The position numbers and the translations under genes were made by a program. From an uncultured Muribaculaceae bacterium (GTDB taxonomy: Bacteria; Bacillota_I; Bacilli_A; RF39; UBA660): a DNA stretch of 64,000 nt. The DNA lies in contig CAZTRB010000005.1 of assembly GCA_964616485.1 (NCBI GenBank), forward strand, positions 11,592 to 75,591. The letters are read 5' to 3'. Of the stretch, positions 29,939-39,073 are shown one piece after another. The first letter of the stretch is position 1. Each line of letters starts with the position of its first letter. The notes under the pieces were generated by a model. The model saw only the letters and a program-made list of their open reading frames with translations. It had not been told where the DNA came from and searched no databases.

Positions 29939-30416
29939 AATATAAACTCGCCCCCTTCTCGCTAAGAAGCTCTTCCGTTATCTTTCCTTTTTTAGGAAGT
30001 TTAATTAAGATTATTAAATATATTAATATTAAAAAAAATACTATAACACCCAAAGAAAAATAGACATATTTCTTATTTATTTTCTTTGCTTTTACCAATG
30101 TATATGGAGATACGACTTTCTTTTCTTTAGTATCTTTCTTTTGTGCTTCTAATATATCATCTAAAGATATTTTAGAAGTATGTTCAAATAAGAAATCATT
30201 AAACTCATCCAAGACATCTTCAGAATCAAGCCCCAGATATTTAGCATAGTAAGCAACAATTTCTTTCATCGATAAGACATCTTTAAAAGCTCTTACATTA
30301 CCGGCTTCTAAACTCTCTAGATCAAAACTATCTATCTTTAAATCATCAGCGGCTTCTTCGACACTAACACCGTTTCTCTCTCTCGTTTCTCTTAAATATT
30401 CACCAAGTTCTTTCAA
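29922..30416 (-). CDS. RodZ/YmfM-like helix-turn-helix membrane protein
   Basis: N-terminal XRE-type HTH (LGEYLRETRERNGVSVEEAADDL) plus a TM helix. Sits upstream of pgsA, as ymfM does in Bacillus. Confidence 0.6.
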   Translation of the reverse strand: MKELGEYLRETRERNGVSVEEAADDLKIDSFDLESLEAGNVRAFKDVLSMKEIVAYYAKYLGLDSEDVLDEFNDFLFEHTSKISLDDILEAQKKDTKEKKVVSPYTLVKAKKINKKYVYFSLGVIVFFLILIYLIILIKLPKKGKITEELLSEKGASLYYEFTN

Positions 30417-30435
30417 CTGATCACCTCAATAAAAA

Positions 30436-30790
30436 AAATAATATTAATAAGCCATGTTCTGTTCCTATTTCTAGGCGACAAACATTTATCTACCGAATTA
30501 CTTCAGTCCTTAACTCCGTTTGATTCCTTCGTTAAAGTTCCTCTACCGAAATTTGAGTTTCTCGCTTGCGGGGTTTATCACGTTCCACTTCCATCGTTTC
30601 CAACTTGTTCGTCACTATGACACTTTATAGCTAATCTAGTCATATCCGAAGACTTAGACTATTTCGCCGCCGTTAGTTACCTACCTAGAGTTATTTTTTC
30701 CTCTAGCACAAACACTACAGACATCTCAGCCTGTGCGAGCATGGACTTTCCTCTATATTATTAAAAATACAGCGTTTGTCTTAATATTAT
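30436..30790 (-). ncRNA. rnpB: RNase P RNA, Bacillus-type (type B)
   Basis: Minus strand reads ...GAGGAAAGTCCATGCTCGCACAGGCTGAGATG..., which is near-identical to the B. subtilis rnpB 5' core, and ...ACAAGTTGGAAACGATGGAAGTGGAACG...ACATGGCTTATT at the 3' side. P1 forms between ATAATATTAAG (5') and CTTATTAATATTAT (3'). Lies next to gpsB, as in Bacillus. End coordinates are +/-10 nt. Confidence 0.85.
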
Positions 30791-31125
30791 TCATCTTTTC
30801 CATAAACAATTTTTTCAAGTTGTGATAACCTTCTAATGACATCAAGATTAGATAGATTCTTATTAGTATCGTCACACTCTGCTTCTTTAGCAATTTCTAG
30901 ACTAACTTTCAAATTTCTTATCTCTTGTTTTAAAGACATTATTTCATCGAGCAAAGACTCTTTCTCTTTCTCATAATCTTTTAACACCTTAAAAAATTGT
31001 TCATAATCTCCGATAATAAGATCTAAGTATTGATCAACTTCTTTTAATCGATACCCTCTAGTATCGATTTTAAATTCTTTTTCTAATATATCTTTCGAAG
31101 ACAGATTAAATTGTTCTTGATACAT
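30787..31125 (-). CDS. gpsB: cell-cycle protein GpsB (DivIVA-domain)
   Basis: KDILEKEFKIDTRGYRLKEVDQYLDLIIGDYE. Start taken at ATG 31125; the ORF-track start is a TTG extension. Confidence 0.8.
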   Translation of the reverse strand: MYQEQFNLSSKDILEKEFKIDTRGYRLKEVDQYLDLIIGDYEQFFKVLKDYEKEKESLLDEIMSLKQEIRNLKVSLEIAKEAECDDTNKNLSNLDVIRRLSQLEKIVYGKDE

Positions 31126-31291
31126 ACTTTTCACCAATCCCTTACGTTAACATTATCTAATATAATACGTTTTTTGTCAATGAAACATATTAGCTAATAT
31201 AAGGTTTATCATTATTTTTCTAATATAGTAGAATTTTTCTATAAAATATAGTATAATTTATGAGTATAATTATGTTATACAAGGAGATTAA

Positions 31292-31864
31292 ATGAATTAT
31301 CCAAAAGGCGTAAAAGTAATAGAAAATAAAAACTATAGATACGATAATAGAGGTATGATCTTAGAAGAAGACATAAACCTCTCTAATCAATATTATATAA
31401 ATAAGAAGATAGCCTATATATATAAGAGACCCACTCCAATACAAGCTACTAAGACGGAATATCGGAACAATAAAAAGATTATTAAAGAGGCTTTTTTTAA
31501 GGAGTCCTCTACTACCGATTATAACGGTCTTTATAAAGGAATATATATAGATTTTGAGGCTAAGGAGACGAGAAGTAAGACTTCTTTTCCATTAAGTAAC
31601 ATTCATAACCATCAAATAGAACATTTAACAAATGTCTTAGATAATGGTGGGTTGGCTTTCTTTATAATTAGATTTACTACTTTGGATAAGACTTTTTTAT
31701 TAACAGCAAAAGACTTTATAGAATATTTTCAGACTAGTAAAAGAAAATCTATTCCTTTAGATTATTTTAATGAAAGAGCATATCTTATCAAAGAGGGCTA
31801 CAATATTAGATTAGACTATATTAAAATAGTAGATATACTATTGGGAGGTACAAATGAGTGCTAA
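31292..31864 (+). CDS. recU: Holliday junction resolvase RecU
   Basis: RecU-like sequence with AAGGAG RBS. recU-ponA arrangement as in Bacillus. Confidence 0.8.
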   Translation: MNYPKGVKVIENKNYRYDNRGMILEEDINLSNQYYINKKIAYIYKRPTPIQATKTEYRNNKKIIKEAFFKESSTTDYNGLYKGIYIDFEAKETRSKTSFPLSNIHNHQIEHLTNVLDNGGLAFFIIRFTTLDKTFLLTAKDFIEYFQTSKRKSIPLDYFNERAYLIKEGYNIRLDYIKIVDILLGGTNEC

Positions 31865-34652
31865 AAAGAGAAACAATAAAAAGAAATTATCGATAAAAAG
31901 AAATGTTAGGGATTTGATAATATTTACAATAATCGCTACTATTTTAGGATTAGTATTTATGAACTTAGTTTTTACTCTTCTTATGTTAGTAGGTATTTTC
32001 ATAATATTAAAACTATCTATATACTTAAGTAAAAAGAAAAAGAAGAAATCTTTTAGAATAATCTTAAATACTTTGGTTGCTATTATCTTAATTGGTTCAA
32101 TTGCAGTAGTCATCGGTGGTGCGTGGTTCTTAAATCGCGTCGTTAAAAATTCGCCAGAATTTAATGAAGAGGTATTATCGATGTCACAAACGACAAAGAT
32201 ATTCGATATGAATGGTGTTGAAATTACCGAATTAGGTACGGAAAAAAGAGAGATAATAAAGTTCGAAGACATGAGCGAAGTCTTAATAGACGCTCTAGTC
32301 GCTACTGAGGATTCTAGATTCTTTCAACATAACGGATTTGATGCTCCTCGTTTCTTAGCCGCTTCTGTCAAACAAATTTTAGGACAAAAAGATGCCGGTG
32401 GTGCTTCGACTATTACGATGCAAGTAGCTAAAAACAGTTATAACAAAGATAGATCTAATGTAGCATCTGGTACTGAAGGTATCGAACGTAAATTTAGTGA
32501 TATTTACTTAGCCGTATTTAAAATAGAAAAAAACTATTCTAAACAAGAGATCTTAGAGTTCTATATAAACAACCACTTCTTGGCAAACAATGCTTATGGA
32601 GTAGAACAAGCTAGTAAAATATATTTTAATAAGAAAGCTAGTCAATTAACGTTGTCTGAAGCGGCTCTTATAGTAGGAATGTTCCAAGCACCTAGTGCTA
32701 CTGATCCTTTTAAGTATCCAGAAACGGCTACTAAAAGAAGAGCCGAAGTATTATATTTAATGCAGACTCACGGATACATAACTAAAGAAGAAAGAGATAT
32801 TGCAAATGCAATACCCGTAAAATCACTTTTATTTTCGACAGCCGAAGAACAAAAATTTTATTCTTATTTAAATACTGTCGTTGAAGAAGCAATCAAGAAG
32901 TATGACGTTAATCCACATACTAGTTCTTTATTAGTATATACGAATATGAATAGATCATATCAAACTATAATCGATGATGTCTTTAGTGGAGCTACCTTTA
33001 ACTGGGAAAACCCTGTCGTTCAAGCGGGAGTCACACTTATGGACGTAAATACTGGTAAAATATTAGCTATCGGAGCCGGTAGAAACCAAACGGGTAATAG
33101 AAACCATAACTATGCTACTAGTTCAAAAAGACAAATCGGATCTGTAGCAAAACCGTTATTCGACTATGGTCCTGGTTTTGAATATAACAACTGGTCTACT
33201 TATACATTGTTCGATGATTCACGTTATTATTACTCGACTGGACAAGAATTAAGAAACTCAGATCGTGGTTATATGGGAACGATTACACTTAGAACCGCTC
33301 TTGCACAATCAAGAAATATACCAGCATTAAAAGCCTTCCAACAAGTAAATAAAAAACAAGTCTTTGACTTCGTCGATTCTCTTGGTGTAAGCATGGAACC
33401 TGACGCTTATAAGTCTAAATATCTACATGAAGCATATTCGATTGGTGCTTACACTGGATCTAATCCATTAGAGATGGCTGGAGCTTTTGCAGCTTTTGCT
33501 AACGGAGGGTTCTATTACGAACCGTATACTATTAACAAGATTGTCTTTAGAGATACGGGAGAAGTTCTAACAAACGAGTCTACGAAACAAAAAGTCATGA
33601 GTAGTTCAACTGCTTTCATGATGAACGACGTCTTAAAGACTGCAGTTAATAGTGGGCTAAGTGGTGCTGCTAAAATAAACGGTGTTAACATCGCTGCAAA
33701 GACGGGGACGACGAACCATACACCAGCTACATTACAAACTTTCGGATTACCAGGTAGTGCTTTAAACGATGCTTGGGTAGTCGGTTATGATACTAAGTTA
33801 GTCCTTTCTATCTGGTACGGATACGAACCTATAAGTCGACAATATTATACGACTAGTAATTCCGCTTATGTACAAAGAAAAGCACTATTCTCGGCTATTG
33901 GAGGAAAGATATTCCAAAGAGATGGATCGGACTTTCCAATGCCAAACACTGTCGTAAAAGTAGCTATCGAGATGGGAACTAACCCTGCTAAATTAGCTAG
34001 TCAATATACCCCTTCCGATAAAATAGTCTATGAATATTTTAAGAAAGGAACAGAGCCCACCGAAGAGTCGACAGTATACAAGAAGATGAATGCTCCTAGC
34101 AATCTCTCCTTGAGTTATGAACCTTCTACTAAAAACTTAATCTTAAATTGGAACTCAGCAGGTAACAAAGCAGATGACGATCTCGGTCTCGGTGCGCTAG
34201 GATATAAGATATATAAGAATGATGCTTATATAGACTTTACAACGAGTACTTCCTATACGATTAAAAACACTAGTAACCCAAATGGTATCTATTCAATTAG
34301 AGCCGGTTACCAACATAGTGATCAAAACAATAGTGGTGCTATATCTAAAGAGTTCTCTTTAGATAATATGAGTACTTATGATGCCACTTTAAACGTTCCA
34401 GCTAATAAGACTTATAGAGTAGGAGATTCTTTAGAAGCATATGATTTAAATCCAGGTGCTGGCGACGTAAAACTTCTTAAAGATGGAGTAGTTACCGTTG
34501 GAACTGTAGCAATATCAATTAAAAATAAAGACGGAGACACCGTCTCTGGTATCGATACAATAGATGTTGACAAATATACGATAACATATGTAGTAAGCTA
34601 TAAGAGTGCTTATACAAAAACATTAACGAGAACCGTTACTATAGATCCATAA
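31854..34652 (+). CDS. ponA: bifunctional penicillin-binding protein 1A (transglycosylase/transpeptidase) with a C-terminal Ig/FN3-like extension
   Basis: GT51 motifs EDSRFFQHNG and GASTITMQ. Transpeptidase motifs SVAKP, SRN and KTGT. Confidence 0.9.
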   Translation: MSAKKRNNKKKLSIKRNVRDLIIFTIIATILGLVFMNLVFTLLMLVGIFIILKLSIYLSKKKKKKSFRIILNTLVAIILIGSIAVVIGGAWFLNRVVKNSPEFNEEVLSMSQTTKIFDMNGVEITELGTEKREIIKFEDMSEVLIDALVATEDSRFFQHNGFDAPRFLAASVKQILGQKDAGGASTITMQVAKNSYNKDRSNVASGTEGIERKFSDIYLAVFKIEKNYSKQEILEFYINNHFLANNAYGVEQASKIYFNKKASQLTLSEAALIVGMFQAPSATDPFKYPETATKRRAEVLYLMQTHGYITKEERDIANAIPVKSLLFSTAEEQKFYSYLNTVVEEAIKKYDVNPHTSSLLVYTNMNRSYQTIIDDVFSGATFNWENPVVQAGVTLMDVNTGKILAIGAGRNQTGNRNHNYATSSKRQIGSVAKPLFDYGPGFEYNNWSTYTLFDDSRYYYSTGQELRNSDRGYMGTITLRTALAQSRNIPALKAFQQVNKKQVFDFVDSLGVSMEPDAYKSKYLHEAYSIGAYTGSNPLEMAGAFAAFANGGFYYEPYTINKIVFRDTGEVLTNESTKQKVMSSSTAFMMNDVLKTAVNSGLSGAAKINGVNIAAKTGTTNHTPATLQTFGLPGSALNDAWVVGYDTKLVLSIWYGYEPISRQYYTTSNSAYVQRKALFSAIGGKIFQRDGSDFPMPNTVVKVAIEMGTNPAKLASQYTPSDKIVYEYFKKGTEPTEESTVYKKMNAPSNLSLSYEPSTKNLILNWNSAGNKADDDLGLGALGYKIYKNDAYIDFTTSTSYTIKNTSNPNGIYSIRAGYQHSDQNNSGAISKEFSLDNMSTYDATLNVPANKTYRVGDSLEAYDLNPGAGDVKLLKDGVVTVGTVAISIKNKDGDTVSGIDTIDVDKYTITYVVSYKSAYTKTLTRTVTIDP

Positions 34653-34656
34653 ATTA

Positions 34657-34681
34657 AAGTAGAGAATACTCTACTTTTTTT
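34657..34681 (+). terminator. rho-independent terminator after ponA
   Basis: aagtagag-aat-actctactt followed by tttttt. Confidence 0.65.
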
Positions 34682-34694
34682 AATAAAAAAAAGC

Positions 34695-35345
34695 CTATTT
34701 AAGACTTTGTTTATAATACTTGCATATCTCTTGTAATTTACAAGAAGAACATTCTGGTTTTATAGCTTTACAATTATATCTTCCAAATAAGACTAATTGA
34801 TGATGAAGCTTACACCAGTTTTTCTTTGCAAATTTTTTCATTAACTTCTGTTCGATAACTTCTACCGAATCTTCTTCTTTGACTAAGTTTAATCTCTTAC
34901 TAACTCTAGCTACATGAGTATCAACAGCAATTGCTGGATAATCAAATAGATTACTTAAAACGACATTAGCAGTCTTTCTTCCTACTCCAGGAAGAACTTC
35001 TAAGTCTTCTCTGTTATTAGGAACAACACTACTATGTTTATCTATTAATATTTTAGCGATATCTTTGATGAAAATACTCTTCTTATTAAAAGTACCTATC
35101 GGTTTAATTATATTAGCAATATCTTCTACTGAACCTTCACTTAACTTAAATAAAGTGTCATATTTAGAAAAAAGTTCTGGAGTAACACTATTTACCCTCT
35201 TATCCGTCGTCTGAGCACTAAGAACTACTGCAATTAACAACTCATAGTCTTTATTATAATTAAGTTCACATCTAGGATTAGGATACTTTTCATCTAAATA
35301 ATCTTCTATTTTTTTAATTTTCACGCTCTTCATCCATCCAGTCAT
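34695..35345 (-). CDS. nth: endonuclease III
   Basis: HhH-GPD motif LPGVGRKTANVVL and 4Fe-4S cluster C-x6-C-x2-C-x5-C. Start codon uncertain (ATG 35345 or 35333; the ORF-track TTG start is unlikely). Confidence 0.85.
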   Translation of the reverse strand: MTGWMKSVKIKKIEDYLDEKYPNPRCELNYNKDYELLIAVVLSAQTTDKRVNSVTPELFSKYDTLFKLSEGSVEDIANIIKPIGTFNKKSIFIKDIAKILIDKHSSVVPNNREDLEVLPGVGRKTANVVLSNLFDYPAIAVDTHVARVSKRLNLVKEEDSVEVIEQKLMKKFAKKNWCKLHHQLVLFGRYNCKAIKPECSSCKLQEICKYYKQSLK

Positions 35346-35979
35346 AATCGAAGATATCAATCTTTTCTACCTCTTTTTTATTTTGATACTCTTTCTTGTT
35401 CTTTACTACATCTTCTCTAGTCTTAATACCTTTCTTACCCCACTCATAAAGAATCTTGTCGATATAACGAAGTTCTGGAACACCATTAAATACCGCTTCT
35501 TTAACAGCTTCTTTGACCATCTCTTCACTATAATTCATATCTTGCCATGCTTTTACTATCTCATATTGCATAGGCGATAAGGGCTTACCTAATTCACTCT
35601 CTAATAAACTATAAACGTTATATTCCTTAGTAATTTCATTATTAATATCCTCTATAAAGTAAGTCGCTATCTTTTCAAAGAAACGATCGAGAGATATATA
35701 CTCTTCAGTGACATTTTTCTCATTTTTAACGACTTTAATATTAATTAAATCCTTTTCTTTTAACAAAGAAACATATCTTAAGACTTCTTTAGGAGTAGTA
35801 CCAAAGTCTGCAGAGAACTTATTAATATCGAATAATAATTCCGTACTTAAACCATTTAAATACATCAAAAAGATAAATGTCTCTGAATCGATACCTAACT
35901 TTTTATAAAACTTATATAAATTAAGCGGTATAACGACATTCTTTCCTTTCATAATATCCAAGATCTTTTCTTGTTTCAT
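35314..35979 (-). CDS. dnaD: DnaD-domain replication initiation/membrane attachment protein
   Basis: DnaD-like C-terminal region YEIVKAWQDMNYSEEMVKEAVKEAV. AGGGGGA RBS. dnaD-nth synteny as in Bacillus. Confidence 0.75.
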   Translation of the reverse strand: MKQEKILDIMKGKNVVIPLNLYKFYKKLGIDSETFIFLMYLNGLSTELLFDINKFSADFGTTPKEVLRYVSLLKEKDLINIKVVKNEKNVTEEYISLDRFFEKIATYFIEDINNEITKEYNVYSLLESELGKPLSPMQYEIVKAWQDMNYSEEMVKEAVKEAVFNGVPELRYIDKILYEWGKKGIKTREDVVKNKKEYQNKKEVEKIDIFDYDWMDEEREN

Positions 35980-35987
35980 AAATCCCC

Positions 35988-37067
35988 CTAATAGTTTTTC
36001 TTAATATAGTCAATTATTACTCTATTGTCATTTTCTAAATTACCCTTTAATATTTTATCTTCAATATCTGTGAATATCATCGCTATTTTTAATTTGGAAT
36101 CGACCACTTCTAAGATCTCATTTCCTTTGATGTTAATATCTCTTTTAGAATATATAGGTAAAGAGCTATATTTCTCCGTTATAGCAAGACGATCTTTACC
36201 TAAGATATCTGCCGCTACTTGATTAATATAAAGACCATACTTATATAGTGTCTTTCTACTTATACCAGTCTTAACGACACTCTTAATATTTTTAATAATC
36301 TCTTTCTCATGCTTAGTAAAATTATATCTATCGGAGACATCGATCGATGACCATGCTCCTAAAAGATCGCTTTTAAAGACTATTTTCTCTAGATTATATA
36401 GTTCCAATTCCTTATCTAAACCTAATTCTAAAAGAAGAGATACTCCATAAGAAGCGTTCGGATTAGAAAATATTTTATCTAACTCTTGTCTCTTTCTCTC
36501 ATAAGATAAACCTACTAAATTTTGTTTAGTATCTATTATAGCTTTTTTTACTTCATCACACAACTTAAAATTTAGTGAAGTAGCAAATCTCACAGCCCTT
36601 AATATTCTAAGAGAGTCTTGCTCAAACTTATCATAAGCATTACCCACCGTCTTTATAATCTTGTTGTCGATGTCTTCCATACCATTTAGAAGATCTAGTA
36701 TACTTCCTTTGCTATCGATACATAGAGTATTTATCGTAAAGTCTCTTCTTTTTAAGTCCTCTACTAAATCATCGATATATTCTATCTCGACAGGTATTCT
36801 ATTATTATGATATTTTATCTCTCTACGGAAGGTCGTTATCTCAAATCTTTTACCATGAGAATAAACGGTAATTGCACCATAATTTTCATTTGGTAACAAT
36901 CCTTCTTCAAAAATCTTTAACAACTCCTGTGGTTTAGCATTAGTCGTTATATCGACGTCTAAAGAAGACATACCTAAAATATAATCTCTTACGAATCCTC
37001 CTACTATGTAAGCCTGAAAACCTGAACTCTCTAATTTTTTTAATAATTTTAATGAAGTCTTTAACAT
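35988..37067 (-). CDS. cca: CCA-adding tRNA nucleotidyltransferase
   Basis: GGFVRDYILG ... DVDITT (pol-beta nucleotidyltransferase motif). AGAGGAG RBS. Confidence 0.85.
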   Translation of the reverse strand: MLKTSLKLLKKLESSGFQAYIVGGFVRDYILGMSSLDVDITTNAKPQELLKIFEEGLLPNENYGAITVYSHGKRFEITTFRREIKYHNNRIPVEIEYIDDLVEDLKRRDFTINTLCIDSKGSILDLLNGMEDIDNKIIKTVGNAYDKFEQDSLRILRAVRFATSLNFKLCDEVKKAIIDTKQNLVGLSYERKRQELDKIFSNPNASYGVSLLLELGLDKELELYNLEKIVFKSDLLGAWSSIDVSDRYNFTKHEKEIIKNIKSVVKTGISRKTLYKYGLYINQVAADILGKDRLAITEKYSSLPIYSKRDINIKGNEILEVVDSKLKIAMIFTDIEDKILKGNLENDNRVIIDYIKKNY

Positions 37068-37080
37068 CGCATCTCCTCTG

Positions 37081-37560
37081 TTAATAATTATTATCTAAAT
37101 AAGTTATAATCTCTTTAATATCTTTTTCAAATAAAGTACCGAAAGCTAAGTCGATATACCATTCTTTCGTTTCTTTAATATATTTATCGATAAAATTTTT
37201 ATTAGCAAGGACAACCTCTTTAAGATTACAAAGACGATCCGCTAATTTAACGGTCTTGGCAGCTTCATTTAAAGAGATTCTCTCTATATAGTTAGACATA
37301 TCATAATTATCTTCTTTAGTAAGTAAAACGACTATATTAGCTATCTCAACACTCGTTAAAGAAGATAACTCTTCATAAGTAGTATCCGTATCTTCTAAAA
37401 GATCATGACATAGAGCAATGACCTGATATTTTTCATCAAAGCCTTTTTCTTTTAAAAGAAGAGATACAGAAAAAGGATGTAAATAATAAGGTGTCCCTTG
37501 AATTCTCTTTTGATCGGCATGTTTTAGTTTAACGAATTCTCTTATATTATCTATATTCAT
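37081..37560 (-). CDS. small HD-domain hydrolase (Rel/SpoT-type HD fold; possible small alarmone hydrolase)
   Basis: H...HD...D pattern: LHPFSV ... CHDLLEDTD ... KLADR. Confidence 0.6.
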   Translation of the reverse strand: MNIDNIREFVKLKHADQKRIQGTPYYLHPFSVSLLLKEKGFDEKYQVIALCHDLLEDTDTTYEELSSLTSVEIANIVVLLTKEDNYDMSNYIERISLNEAAKTVKLADRLCNLKEVVLANKNFIDKYIKETKEWYIDLAFGTLFEKDIKEIITYLDNNY

Positions 37561-37610
37561 ATAGCCCTCTATTAATATTATATCATGTATTATAATGACA
37601 GCAAAACACT

Positions 37611-37642
37611 AAAACAAAAAAAAAGAAAAGTAAACCTTTTCT
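37611..37642 (-). terminator. terminator downstream of hup
   Basis: Hairpin agaaaag-taaac-cttttct, preceded on plus by a long A-run (U-tract on the minus transcript). Confidence 0.45.
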
Positions 37643-37648
37643 TTCTTA

Positions 37649-37921
37649 CTAGTTAACTGCTTCTTTTAATGCTGTACCAGCTTTAAAAGTAACGGCTTTT
37701 CTCGCAGCAATTTTAACTTTTGCTCCTGTTTGTGGGTTACGTCCCTCTCTTGCTTTTCTATGTGAAACTCCGAAAGTTCCAAATCCAGCAACTGGTACCT
37801 TGTTCCCCTTTGCTAATGCATTAGAAATAGTATTAAATACTGCGTCTAAAGCACGTGTTGCATCAGCTTTTGTAAGTCCCGTTTCTTTTGCAACTGCTTC
37901 TACTAAATCTGCCTTTTTCAT
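37649..37921 (-). CDS. hup: DNA-binding protein HU
   Basis: MKKADLVEAVAKETGLTKADA ... RNPQTGAKVKIAARKAVTFKAGTALKEAV. Near-identical pattern to Bacillus Hbs. Confidence 0.95.
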   Translation of the reverse strand: MKKADLVEAVAKETGLTKADATRALDAVFNTISNALAKGNKVPVAGFGTFGVSHRKAREGRNPQTGAKVKIAARKAVTFKAGTALKEAVN

Positions 37922-38018
37922 TATATTACCTCCTCCTTTTAAGCATAATATGCTTACATATACAAAATATCACAAATTATTTGTAAAATCAACATATTAT
38001 ACGTATTTTTCAATATAT

Positions 38019-39059
38019 TTACATAATTAACGCTTTTTCATTCAAAACATAGCGATAAGCCTTATTTTCATGGATAATAATAAACGTACTTTCTCTTTTC
38101 CTCTTACTCTCAAAAAACAAGATAGGTATCCTTAATTCATCTTCGATATCGATTAGATCTTTAACGTTAGTTATATCCATTACATTAAATTTACTTAAGT
38201 CTGGTTTTTTAGCCACTTCAGCGATAACATTGGCATAAGTAGTTAAGATCCTATCTCTTTCTTTAGTGTAAGGGTCAGCGTTTTTAAGGTGTAGTACTCT
38301 CTTTAAATAATAGAAGAATAAGACAAATGACACCATTACTAAGAATATTCCAATAGTAAGACCGTACTGATTAACGATGTTATCTTTACTAAAAACATTT
38401 TTATTCTCATTGAAAGATCCCGTTTTATCGACACTTACTACCGTATCCAAAAGAGGAATTTTAGCTGTCATAGTGTGAAGATCAGCGACTTTCTTAGCCG
38501 TTTCTTTAGTCGTAATAAGATTGTTTATTTCAAAGACAACTTTTATATAAGCCTCTGTTAAGATAGAACTTTCTTTTCTAAACTCCAAAGCTTCTTCTTG
38601 ATATTCTTTATAATCGATAGTCGTTTTATAATCAAAGAACACGACTCCTGTCTCTTGTTTTATGACTTTATTTTTAGGAAACAAAACGTCTTCTCTCTTC
38701 CATAATTCTTCCGTTTGAAGGCCGTCTTTATAAGTGTTAACTAAAAACAAAGATATAGAATATTCCGCTTCAGAATCAATTAGATTAATAGACGTAAGGT
38801 CATAAGTAAATTTTAAATCGATATAGTCGATATATTTAGCTAGAATCTTATTCTTATTAATATATTCATCTTTATATAAAAAGTTATCTTTTAGTCTAAA
38901 ATTATACTCGATATCACCGAAAGATTTATAATCGACAACGATATTATTTTTGTTATTTTCTATACTCGTACTATCATAAGTTATAATTGATCCGGCAAAA
39001 AAGAGTAATACCCCTAGTAATAATAATACTATACTTTCCTTTTCTTTAGTTCTTTTCAT
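38019..39059 (-). CDS. bitopic membrane protein of unknown function (last gene of the WXG/TasA/SipW operon)
   Basis: N-terminal TM helix, ~200-aa extracytoplasmic region, second TM (LTIGIFLVMVSFVLFFYYL) and a ~100-aa cytoplasmic tail. Confidence 0.5.
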   Translation of the reverse strand: MKRTKEKESIVLLLLGVLLFFAGSIITYDSTSIENNKNNIVVDYKSFGDIEYNFRLKDNFLYKDEYINKNKILAKYIDYIDLKFTYDLTSINLIDSEAEYSISLFLVNTYKDGLQTEELWKREDVLFPKNKVIKQETGVVFFDYKTTIDYKEYQEEALEFRKESSILTEAYIKVVFEINNLITTKETAKKVADLHTMTAKIPLLDTVVSVDKTGSFNENKNVFSKDNIVNQYGLTIGIFLVMVSFVLFFYYLKRVLHLKNADPYTKERDRILTTYANVIAEVAKKPDLSKFNVMDITNVKDLIDIEDELRIPILFFESKRKRESTFIIIHENKAYRYVLNEKALIM

Positions 39060-39073
39060 CTTGACCTCCTATT

